Shown: piece after piece, positions 1-8,005 of the stretch
How the letters are laid out: each line of letters begins with the position of its first letter
How positions within the stretch are numbered: position 1 is the stretch's first letter
DNA from: a virus
Lineage: Duplodnaviria; Caudoviricetes
DNA: 35,829 bases
Reading direction: 5' to 3' (one strand)
IMG/VR virus record: IMGVR_UViG_3300046025_000024
Coordinates: 1 to 35,829 of that record
The notes under the pieces: generated by a model
The model's input: the letters and a program-made list of their open reading frames with translations, nothing else
What the model was told of the DNA's origin: nothing
Database searches by the model: none
Made by a program: the position numbers and the translations under genes

Positions 1-125
1 AGGCTGACCCGCTCGAAATGGACGACGAGGACGACACCCCCGAAGCGATGGACGAGATCACCCCCGACGACAGTGAGGACGCAGAGGGCGGCGAAACTGA
101 CGGCGACGAGGGAGGTGCGGCATGA
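1..125 (+). CDS. 3' end of an acidic protein, probably the portal (partial)
   Basis: Open frame ADPLEMDDEDD...EGGAA ends TGA at 123-125, overlapping the next ATG; GGAGGTG upstream; portal call is from position before the gp7-like gene only. Confidence 0.5.
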   Translation, partial: ADPLEMDDEDDTPEAMDEITPDDSEDAEGGETDGDEGGAA

Positions 126-844
126 TCGAGCGCGTCAGCTCCCGACTGCTGGCCGTCGTCCTCACGGTGACCGCGGCGCTGGCCAGCACGCCGGTCGCCC
201 AGGAGGTCATCTCCCGGACGCCCCAGATACCGGTCGGCAGCGAGTGGGCGGTCGTCGCGGGCATCGTCGTCCTCGTCTACGTTCGCGTACAGGCCGACGA
301 GCGCTGGTTCTCGCCCGAGGCCCGGTTCTGGTTCCCGCTCCGCTGGTACGTTGGTCTGCCCCTCGACCGGATGCTGGAGTCGGTCCCGCTGTTGTACGCG
401 AAGACGTCGACGCTTGAGCGCGAGCTCGTGGCGACGGTCGAGTGGTCGGTCGAGGAGACGAACGACGAGCTGGCCGCGGCCGGGTACGAGCCCCAGCCGC
501 TCGCGTCGGTCGCGGTCGACTGGCTCGGCCGCCTCGAGCGGAGCTCCTGGGTGCGGTACTACGGCCCGAAGCCGCTGGAGGGCTTCCTCCCGCAGCGGCT
601 CCTCGCCCCGCTCCCCGAGTGGACGCGGCGCCGGCAGATCCACGCCCGGCCGTTCGCGTTCGACGAGGACGGCCCGACGTCGATCACCGCGCACGACGAG
701 TTCAACCCGTGGCGGCCGATGCTCGCGCTCCCCCACATGCTCGGCATCACCTGGAACGCCGAGGGCGGCGTCGAGGCGGTCGACGAGGACCTCGACTTCG
801 AGAGAGCGGAGACGGAGTTGAACGACGCTGAGGTGGGAAACTGA
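122..844 (+). CDS. Hypothetical membrane protein (two N-terminal hydrophobic segments)
   Basis: 240 aa, ATGA overlap and SD, hydrophobic LLAVVLTVTAALA and WAVVAGIVVLVYV. Confidence 0.8.
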   Translation: MIERVSSRLLAVVLTVTAALASTPVAQEVISRTPQIPVGSEWAVVAGIVVLVYVRVQADERWFSPEARFWFPLRWYVGLPLDRMLESVPLLYAKTSTLERELVATVEWSVEETNDELAAAGYEPQPLASVAVDWLGRLERSSWVRYYGPKPLEGFLPQRLLAPLPEWTRRRQIHARPFAFDEDGPTSITAHDEFNPWRPMLALPHMLGITWNAEGGVEAVDEDLDFERAETELNDAEVGN

Positions 845-1017
845 TGGTCAAGCGTGAAGAGGCTGAGAAGGCGCTCGACGGCTTCCTCGACAAGTGCCTC
901 GACGACCTCGACCCCGTGGTTCTCGAGGAGATCCTGCAGACGCGGGCGCAGGACATGCGCGAGCTGCAGGAGCCCGAGGTCACCCCAGACGACCTGGAGG
1001 ACGGAACTGACGCATGA
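844..1017 (+). CDS. Small acidic hypothetical protein (57 aa, MVKREEAEKALDG...)
   Basis: Not in ORF track; TGATG overlap upstream, ATGA overlap downstream, typical codon usage. Confidence 0.8.
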   Translation: MVKREEAEKALDGFLDKCLDDLDPVVLEEILQTRAQDMRELQEPEVTPDDLEDGTDA

Positions 1018-2150
1018 GCGCGACACCCACTCCCGAGGACGTCGGCCCCTGGGACACCATCTCCGGGCCGTCCGGCGTCGATGTACTCGGGGAACAGCTG
1101 GCGGCCGGCGCCGAGCAGCTGGCCGACGAGCACGCCCACCCGACGAAGGCCGGGAGTCGGGATGCGCACGCCAACGACCCGTCGAAGACGACGACGATCC
1201 AGCGGAAGTACGCCCAGAAGCTCCGCGGGCGCTTCGCGAACATCCGGGCGGAGATCCGGCGAGGTGTTGCTGACCGCGACGTCCTCGGCCTCCAGGAGGA
1301 CGACGACGGCGAGGGCATCTCGCTGTCGGACATCCTCGCCGGCGACAACGTCCCGGCCGACGTTCGCGAGCGGTTCGTCGAGCTGCTCGCCGACCAGGAG
1401 TACGGCGCCGCGCGGGACCTCGTCGAGCAGCTGGCGTCGGACTTCGATCCGGAGGACCTCGTCACTCGAGACTTCGAGTTCGACCGACTCGCCCGGAAGC
1501 ACGAGGAGTTCATGGCCTGGCTCCGGGCCCAGCAGGAGGCGGGCGTCCTCGAGGTCATCTCCCGGGACGGCAACACGTACGTTCGGTCGGCGTACGAGCG
1601 CGGCTGGAAGAACGCGAACTCCTGGATGGAGGCCGACCAGCTCCAGTCGAACCTCGCGACGGCGCTCCAGCGCCCCGTCCACCAGGAGAAGCTCTCGCTG
1701 CTCTACGAGCGCAACTTCGAGGCGCTCCAGGGGATCACCGAGGACGTCTCCCGGGAGATCTCGAGAGAGCTCGCCGAGGGGCTGACCGAGGGCGTCCACC
1801 CCGACGAGATGGCTCGCCGGCTGACCGACCGCGTCGACAAGATCGGTCGGACGCGGGCGACCACCCTGGCCCGGACCGAGGTGATGTACTCGCACAACGA
1901 GGCGACCATCACCACGTACGAGCGGGCGATGGGCCCCGACGTCGAGGTCCAGGTGAAGGCGGAGGTCTCCACGGCCGCGGACCAGCACGTCTGCGACATC
2001 TGCGAGCCGTGGGAGGGCAAGACGCTTCCGTTGGATAAGGCACGTCGCGACGGCCCGCCGTTCCATCCGCGATGCCGGTGCATCGTCCTCCCGGCGACAT
2101 CGTCGACGAGCTCGAGCGCACCTCGGGCGTCGACATCATCGGCGTCCTGA
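1014..2150 (+). CDS. SPP1 gp7 / Mu gpF-like head morphogenesis protein
   Basis: RATTLARTE, DQHVCDICEP and PPFHPRCRC motifs. Confidence 0.9.
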   Translation: MSATPTPEDVGPWDTISGPSGVDVLGEQLAAGAEQLADEHAHPTKAGSRDAHANDPSKTTTIQRKYAQKLRGRFANIRAEIRRGVADRDVLGLQEDDDGEGISLSDILAGDNVPADVRERFVELLADQEYGAARDLVEQLASDFDPEDLVTRDFEFDRLARKHEEFMAWLRAQQEAGVLEVISRDGNTYVRSAYERGWKNANSWMEADQLQSNLATALQRPVHQEKLSLLYERNFEALQGITEDVSREISRELAEGLTEGVHPDEMARRLTDRVDKIGRTRATTLARTEVMYSHNEATITTYERAMGPDVEVQVKAEVSTAADQHVCDICEPWEGKTLPLDKARRDGPPFHPRCRCIVLPATSSTSSSAPRASTSSAS

Positions 2151-2170
2151 TCGGCGCCGAGCCTGCGGCC

Positions 2171-2229
2171 ACCGTCTGTCGGACCTCTTCTGGCACGAGG
2201 AGAGCCGGGTTCGAGTCCCGGAGACGGAA
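2171..2229 (+). ncRNA. D-armless tRNA-like element
   Basis: CCGTCT 2172-2177 pairs with AGACGG 2222-2227; canonical T arm CCGGG-TTCGAGT-CCCGG 2205-2221; anticodon-like hairpin 2184-2202; only about 6 nt in place of the D arm. Confidence 0.65.
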
Positions 2230-2246
2230 TGAAGGCATGATCTGAC

Positions 2247-3863
2247 ATGACCGACCCCCACGACGAAGAGCACGCCGAGACACTCGCGGGCGGCGTCGCC
2301 TCGATCGACGAGGAGGACGACCAGGACCAGCAGGTCCGGATCGTCCCTCTCGGAGAGGGCGACATCACCCGCGGCGGCTCGGGCAAAGAGACGTACTGGG
2401 ACCGGGAGGTCCTGAAAGAGGCCGTCGACAGCGGCGCGTTCGACGAGGCGAAGCTCCTCAAGGGCCGTCCCGGTGAGGGCCACAAAGACATGCTCGAGCA
2501 GGCGGATCCCGACGAGATTGTCGGCTCCGCCGGCGAGTTCGAGTACGAAGATGGCGTCGGGCCCGTCTCCGAGAACGCCGAGGTCCTCGACGACCACTTG
2601 GCCGAACTCGTCGACGCCGGGCTCGTCGAGGTGTCACCCGACATGTGGCGCGTCCTCGGCGAGTACGACGAGGACCTCGGCGCCTACCGCGTCGACGAGA
2701 TCCTCGACGTCCCGTACATCACCATCCTCGACCGAGGGGCCTCGGCTGGCGCCTCGATCGAGCCGGCTGATGACGGCGTCGAGACGCTCGGGAGAGACGT
2801 CGGGCGCTGGCGCGACCGCGTCGACGAGCTCTCGGAGACGCTGGGCGTCCCGCCGGAGCAGCTGCAGGACGAGATCGACGCCAGCGAGCGCGGCGTCGAC
2901 GTGACCGTCGAGCAGCTGTCCCGGCTTTTCACTCTCCGGTTCCGTGCGTACGGCGAGATGTTCGGGGACGAGTTCCTCGACGAGGCGGTCGCGAACCTCG
3001 AGGCGATCGAGGGGATCTCGGCGACCCGCAGCGAGGACAATGACGACCCCGAGCTGGTCGCGATCGTCGACCGCGAGGCAGTCGCCTCGCTCGACGAGCT
3101 GAACGACCAGATCGTCAACGCGCTCCAGGACACTCCCTTCGAGGTCCACGACGGCTACGACTGGATCGAGGATATCGCGTGGGAGGGTCTCGCCGGGAGT
3201 TCCGGGCCCGAGGGACAGTCATCTGACGAGCGGGCGGAATCCCGTGCGGGATCCGGTACCGGAGGTTCCGGTACCAGCGGTACTTCACAGAACATGGCAG
3301 ACCCAGACGACCTTCAGGAGCAGCTCGCAGAGGTCCGGACCGAGCGAGACAGTCTCGCCGACGAGAGGGACGACCTCGAAGAGCAGCTCTCCGAGAAAGA
3401 GGAAATGATCGAGAACAAGGAAGAGCGGATCGAGCAGCTCGAGGAGGAGATCAACCCCCTCGTCGACATGCTCGCCGAGCTGGCGGCAGAGGACTCGCCG
3501 CTCCAGGCCGAGCAGCTGGCCGATCGGTTCGAGCCGAGCGAGCTCGTCGAGACGCTGGCGGTCGACGCCGGCTGGTCCGAGGACGACGACGAGGACCCGG
3601 TCGAGATCGTCCGCGAGCAGCTCGCGGGCTCCCCGACCCCTCGCGGCGAGAGCGATCCCGACGGCACGCCCGGCGGCGACCTCGGCGAGGAGGAGAAGCA
3701 GCACGCCGAGCAGCTGGCCGGCGAAGTGATGACGGCGTCGGACACGCTCGCCGCTGAGGGCTCGAACTACGAGTACCTCAAGCAGGAGTACGATGTCGAC
3801 GCCACGGAGTACAACAACGTCGAGCAGCTACGCGCGGCCGTCCGCGGTAACGGGGGCGCCTGA
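2247..3863 (+). CDS. Prohead protease-scaffold fusion
   Basis: N-terminal domain with candidate His (GEGHKD) and Ser (VEVSPD), coiled-coil acidic C-terminus, position before decoration and capsid genes. Confidence 0.75.
   Translation: MTDPHDEEHAETLAGGVASIDEEDDQDQQVRIVPLGEGDITRGGSGKETYWDREVLKEAVDSGAFDEAKLLKGRPGEGHKDMLEQADPDEIVGSAGEFEYEDGVGPVSENAEVLDDHLAELVDAGLVEVSPDMWRVLGEYDEDLGAYRVDEILDVPYITILDRGASAGASIEPADDGVETLGRDVGRWRDRVDELSETLGVPPEQLQDEIDASERGVDVTVEQLSRLFTLRFRAYGEMFGDEFLDEAVANLEAIEGISATRSEDNDDPELVAIVDREAVASLDELNDQIVNALQDTPFEVHDGYDWIEDIAWEGLAGSSGPEGQSSDERAESRAGSGTGGSGTSGTSQNMADPDDLQEQLAEVRTERDSLADERDDLEEQLSEKEEMIENKEERIEQLEEEINPLVDMLAELAAEDSPLQAEQLADRFEPSELVETLAVDAGWSEDDDEDPVEIVREQLAGSPTPRGESDPDGTPGGDLGEEEKQHAEQLAGEVMTASDTLAAEGSNYEYLKQEYDVDATEYNNVEQLRAAVRGNGGA
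3294..3863 (+). CDS. Putative scaffold translated from an internal in-frame start (MADPDDLQEQ...)
   Basis: In-frame ATG after a G/S/T linker; CACAGAAC-ATG context resembles the A/C-rich context before the capsid, sheath and tube starts. Confidence 0.55.
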   Translation: MADPDDLQEQLAEVRTERDSLADERDDLEEQLSEKEEMIENKEERIEQLEEEINPLVDMLAELAAEDSPLQAEQLADRFEPSELVETLAVDAGWSEDDDEDPVEIVREQLAGSPTPRGESDPDGTPGGDLGEEEKQHAEQLAGEVMTASDTLAAEGSNYEYLKQEYDVDATEYNNVEQLRAAVRGNGGA

Positions 3864-3865
3864 AC

Positions 3866-4318
3866 ATGGTTCAGGGAGACCTCCGACTCTTCGACCCCGG
3901 GCAGAGCCTCGACGTCGACGTCATCGCGGACCCCGGCGGCACGGTCGCCGACCGCGGTGACCCCGTGGAGATCGCCGGCGAGGCGAACGGGCGGACGCAG
4001 GTCCAGCTCGTCCAGAACGACGGCGACGGGATCGGGACGCTCGAACGGGCGCCCGATGTCGACGACGCGGACTACGCCGCCGGCGAGGTCGCCGGCACCG
4101 GGAGCGCGCTCGCGCAGGGCCCGGTCGACTGGTACGAGGACGCCTCCGGCGGCGCCGTCGCACCGGGCGACCTGGTCGTCCTGACAGCGACGGGCGTCCG
4201 CGCCTACGACTCCGCCGGTGGCGACACGGCCGAGATGATCCTCGGGCGCGTCTTCGGGGCCGGAACTCGAGCCAGCGCCGAGACCGCGAACAAGGTGGCC
4301 GTTCTGCGGCACAAGTAA
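3866..4318 (+). CDS. Capsid decoration / cement protein
   Basis: 150 aa G/A/D-rich beta-type protein directly upstream of the capsid gene. Confidence 0.65.
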   Translation: MVQGDLRLFDPGQSLDVDVIADPGGTVADRGDPVEIAGEANGRTQVQLVQNDGDGIGTLERAPDVDDADYAAGEVAGTGSALAQGPVDWYEDASGGAVAPGDLVVLTATGVRAYDSAGGDTAEMILGRVFGAGTRASAETANKVAVLRHK

Positions 4319-4333
4319 CTCAGATAACACAAC

Positions 4334-5473
4334 ATGGCACGACTTAGTTTCAAGAAGGCCGGTCTGCTCTCGCCGAAGACGCTGCGCGAGGAGATCGTTC
4401 AGGACATCGACCAGATGGATGAGATCCAGGGCGAGAACGTCGCCAGCGCGAACAGCGAGTTCGCCGCTGTCGACCTTGACGCCCCGGAGGAAAACTACTT
4501 CCAGATCGGCGGCGCAGTCGCCCCGATGCGGGAAGTCGACCGCGCAGCCGAGTCCCCGATCGGGACGCTGGGCGACATCAGCGAGAAGGACATCACGACT
4601 TACTCGTTCAAGGAGAAGATCGCCCCCGAGAAGGAGACCGACGCGAAGCTGAACAGCGAGCGGGAGATCCTCTCGCTCTATCGCTGGGGCGCGAACCAGC
4701 TCCGGGCGGCGCTGTTCCTCACCCGCGAGCAGGTCACCTGGCGGGGCACCGCGAGCGTCGAAGGGTTCGTCGGCCAGGACGGGCAGACGCCCCACTCAGA
4801 CATCCCAACGGACAACGTCATCGACCCGGCCAACGCCTACGACGACCGGACGAACTCCACGCCGTACCAGGACTTCTCGTACGCCTCGTACCTGCTGAAC
4901 GAGGCCGACCAGACGTTCATGAACGCGCAGGTCACCGCCGACCCAGTGGCCTACGTGACGCCGTCGACGTGGCACGACATCAAGAACAACGACGACATGA
5001 AGGACCGGTTCTCCGGTGTCGAAGTGCGGGGCCTCACCGGCAGCCAGGTCCGCCGTCTCGTCGACGAGGAGATCCCCGAGATCCGGATGCTCAAGGTCAA
5101 GCTCCCGCGCACCGACGCCGACGGGAACTTCCTCGACGAGAACGGCAACGTCGTCGAGGATGTCGACAACGCCGCGATGGACAACGTCCTCGAGCCGTAC
5201 GACCCCGGCGCCGGTACCCAGCGGCGGAACATCGTCATCGGGCGCCCCGGCCCGAGCTCGGCGTTCCTCCCGTGGTTCGGCGAGAACATGGGCGAGTTCG
5301 ACGAGCCCGACGCCCCGTCGACGGACGGCGGCTTCGCCATCGACGAGAACCGCGGCTTCGGGACCCAGACCTGGATCGGGAACGACCCGGCCGTCACCTG
5401 GCTCAAGGGCTTCCAGGACATCGGCTTCCACCTGATGCTCCCCGAACAGTGGGTCGTCATCCGGGACATCTGA
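4334..5473 (+). CDS. Major capsid protein (HK97 fold expected)
   Basis: 379 aa, synteny, strongly biased codon use. Confidence 0.75.
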   Translation: MARLSFKKAGLLSPKTLREEIVQDIDQMDEIQGENVASANSEFAAVDLDAPEENYFQIGGAVAPMREVDRAAESPIGTLGDISEKDITTYSFKEKIAPEKETDAKLNSEREILSLYRWGANQLRAALFLTREQVTWRGTASVEGFVGQDGQTPHSDIPTDNVIDPANAYDDRTNSTPYQDFSYASYLLNEADQTFMNAQVTADPVAYVTPSTWHDIKNNDDMKDRFSGVEVRGLTGSQVRRLVDEEIPEIRMLKVKLPRTDADGNFLDENGNVVEDVDNAAMDNVLEPYDPGAGTQRRNIVIGRPGPSSAFLPWFGENMGEFDEPDAPSTDGGFAIDENRGFGTQTWIGNDPAVTWLKGFQDIGFHLMLPEQWVVIRDI

Positions 5474-5481
5474 GGTGACCG

Positions 5482-5868
5482 ATGACTGAACTCAGATGGA
5501 CCCGCGACTCGACGTTCCACGACGGCGAGCGGAACTTCCGAGCAACGGGCCCCGGCGTCTACGACGTCCCCGAGGAAGCAGTCGAGGAGTACCTCGACCA
5601 CCGCTCCGGTGCGTGGGAGCGCCCCGAGGAGGACGGTGACGAAGAGACCGACGAGGCCAGCGCCGAGGACGTCAACGAGCTCGAGAGCGAAAGCGGGACC
5701 CTCCCGTTCAACCCCGAGAACCAGACGAACTCGGAGATCGAGGAGCGCGTCGCGGAAATCGACGACGTCGCGACGCTCCGGGCGCTGCTGAACCTCGAGG
5801 AAGAGCAAAAGGACCGGGAAGGCGCGACCGACGCGATCGAGGCCCGGATCCACGAACTCGAGGAGTAA
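5482..5868 (+). CDS. Hypothetical head-associated protein
   Basis: GAGGTGA SD; acidic; C-terminal helical motif EEEQKDREGA. Confidence 0.8.
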   Translation: MTELRWTRDSTFHDGERNFRATGPGVYDVPEEAVEEYLDHRSGAWERPEEDGDEETDEASAEDVNELESESGTLPFNPENQTNSEIEERVAEIDDVATLRALLNLEEEQKDREGATDAIEARIHELEE

Positions 5869-5871
5869 CGC

Positions 5872-6258
5872 ATGACCGAGCTCGCCGACGCCGACTCGCG
5901 GACGTCCTACGAGGACGTCACCGGTGGCGGGTTTCAGACGGACCTCACCGAGACCGAGGTCCGCGAGTACATGGACGACGCGAACATGGAGGTCGACAAC
6001 CGCCTGAAGGGCCGCGGCCTCTCGGAGCGCCGCCTCGCGAAGATCGAGCGGGAGCTGACCCGCCACTTCATCAAGTTCCTCGTCGACGAGGAGCGCCAGG
6101 TCGAGTCGGAAGACATCGGCCCGGTCTCGTTCGACTACGCCGGCGCGCTCTCGGCGGAGGGGCTGAAGGCGACGACCCACGGGCAGCAGGCCATCGAGTA
6201 CGACACCTCGGACACGCTCGGGCCCGACGGCGGTGACTTCTGGTCGGTGACAGCATGA
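5872..6258 (+). CDS. Head-tail adaptor (connector) candidate
   Basis: 128 aa, helical start then VESEDIGPVSFDY and TTHGQQA; synteny. Confidence 0.65.
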   Translation: MTELADADSRTSYEDVTGGGFQTDLTETEVREYMDDANMEVDNRLKGRGLSERRLAKIERELTRHFIKFLVDEERQVESEDIGPVSFDYAGALSAEGLKATTHGQQAIEYDTSDTLGPDGGDFWSVTA

Positions 6259-6638
6259 GCCGGTACACTGCTCGCCGGGCGCTCCGCCGCGCCGGCGTCG
6301 ACGTCGAGCTCTACAACTTCGAGCAGGCGGAGGCGGCCGACTCCCGGGGCCAGCCCTGGAACCAGACGGACGCCTCGCCGCAGACGATCGACGCGATCGC
6401 CGATCCCGGCGGGAAGTCGATCTCCTACGGCACCTTCGGCGTCGAAGTCGATGCCGACCAGGTGTACCTCGTGGACGCCGACCTCGTCGACGAAGGCCTC
6501 CGCGATGGCGGGGGCGAAGGCGCGTCGGTCATCGTCCAGGACGAGAAGGCCTACCGCGTGATCGAGGCCGACCGGTCCCAGAATCACGGGTTCGCTGTCC
6601 TCGAGTGCGAACTCGACGAGGAGGTAGACCTGTCATGA
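6255..6638 (+). CDS. Head closure (stopper) candidate
   Basis: 127 aa beta-rich, ATGA overlap, synteny. Confidence 0.6.
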   Translation: MSRYTARRALRRAGVDVELYNFEQAEAADSRGQPWNQTDASPQTIDAIADPGGKSISYGTFGVEVDADQVYLVDADLVDEGLRDGGGEGASVIVQDEKAYRVIEADRSQNHGFAVLECELDEEVDLS

Positions 6639-6919
6639 TCGAGAACTACGACGACCTGAACCGAGACGAGACGCTCGACGTCGTCGCCGACTTCGACGGG
6701 GAGCGCCTCGCCGCGTTCGTCGAGTACGAGCGCGAGCACAAGGACCGGAAGACGGTCATCGAGCCCCTCAAGCGCGAGCTCGTCGACGTCGTCCCGGCCG
6801 ACGGCCGGCAGTACGTCGCCGGCGTCTGGTTCGACGATGCGTCCGAGCCGGAGACGGTCCGGCGCTCGACGCGGATCGAGCAGGCGCTCGACGAGGGCGA
6901 CCTCCTGGAGGCCGAGTAG
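6635..6919 (+). CDS. Hypothetical protein (MIENYDDLNRDE...)
   Basis: GGAGGT SD and ATGA overlap place the start at 6635. Confidence 0.8.
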   Translation: MIENYDDLNRDETLDVVADFDGERLAAFVEYEREHKDRKTVIEPLKRELVDVVPADGRQYVAGVWFDDASEPETVRRSTRIEQALDEGDLLEAE

Positions 6920-6920
6920 G

Positions 6921-7367
6921 ATGGTCCGCGACGAGAACAACTTCGACGAGGTCCGGGACACCTTCGACAGCGGTCTCGAGACCGGGCTCGTCGAGCTCCA
7001 CTCGACCGTCCTGAAGACGCTCCTGCGGAACATGGCCCGCGGGAAGGACGCGCTCGGGAACTCGTGGGAGCCCATCAAGGCGTCGACGCTCCAGTCGCGG
7101 AAGGTACGGACGTCGTCGACGGCACCGCTCGTCGACACCGGTGAGCTCCGCGGGGACATCGGCTCGACGTCCGAGGTGAACACGGCGGAGCTCTACGCGG
7201 TCATCGGGACGACGAAGAAGTACGGCGAGGTCCACGAGCTCGGCGCTCCCGAAGCGGGAATCCCCGCTCGCCCGATCTTCGGGCCCGCTGCTCGCCTCGC
7301 CTACCAGAAGGCACCCGACACGATCGGGAACGAGATCGACGTGCGCCTTGAAGGCGCGGAGCTCTGA
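6921..7367 (+). CDS. Virion morphogenesis / tail completion protein (Mu gpG, P2 gpS-like)
   Basis: WEPIKAST, PLVDTGELR, YGEVHELG, IPARPIFG motifs. Confidence 0.85.
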   Translation: MVRDENNFDEVRDTFDSGLETGLVELHSTVLKTLLRNMARGKDALGNSWEPIKASTLQSRKVRTSSTAPLVDTGELRGDIGSTSEVNTAELYAVIGTTKKYGEVHELGAPEAGIPARPIFGPAARLAYQKAPDTIGNEIDVRLEGAEL

Positions 7368-7373
7368 CCGACG

Positions 7374-7961
7374 ATGCTCACGACCGCCGAGGAGGACCGC
7401 ATCGAGGCGGACCTCCCAGTCGTCCAGACGCTCACCTACGAGGGCGCCGACTACCAGTACGAGCTGACGCCGTACTGGTCTGGCCCCGATCACGCCGGGG
7501 ACCGCGCCGACGCGGCGCCGGAGTACCCGGCGATCGTCTTCGGCTGGGACTCGCAAGGCGCCGAGGATGAGGAACGCCGACCCCTCGGCGGCGTCTCGAG
7601 GATCGACGACCGCGGTGACGCGGCCGAGTTCGCGGAGGTCGAGGAGCGGTCCCTCGACGACGAGCTCTCGATCACGGTCGCCGTCGACGCGAGTCACGAC
7701 GCGAACGGCGTCCCGCCGGACGTCCGCGGGAAGCAGCTCTCGCGGGCGATCTGGCGGTACATCGTCTTCGAGATGGACCTCGACTCGGTGGGCGCGAACG
7801 GCGAGCGGCCGCTGCTCGTCGAGCCGCTGAACCCGCCGACGCCCGGCCGTGTTGCAGGGACCTACCGCCTCGAGTGGTCGGTCCAGGTCTCGTACGTCGA
7901 CGAACACGAGACAGTCCACGAGACCGTCGACGACGCCGAGTACGCCGTCGACATGGAATAG
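7374..7961 (+). CDS. Tail terminator / neck candidate
   Basis: PEYPAIVF motif, position before sheath. Confidence 0.55.
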   Translation: MLTTAEEDRIEADLPVVQTLTYEGADYQYELTPYWSGPDHAGDRADAAPEYPAIVFGWDSQGAEDEERRPLGGVSRIDDRGDAAEFAEVEERSLDDELSITVAVDASHDANGVPPDVRGKQLSRAIWRYIVFEMDLDSVGANGERPLLVEPLNPPTPGRVAGTYRLEWSVQVSYVDEHETVHETVDDAEYAVDME

Positions 7962-8005
7962 TCAGCTAACCGAAACGCGACAGAACACGATAGAGAACAC
8001 GCACA

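Noticed and set aside
2171-2229. Functional tRNA-Ala(GGC) or tRNA-Pro(TGG)
   Set aside because: No D arm, 1-72 mismatch, no G3-U70 pair, and no register gives both a canonical anticodon loop and stem; kept only as a tRNA-like element
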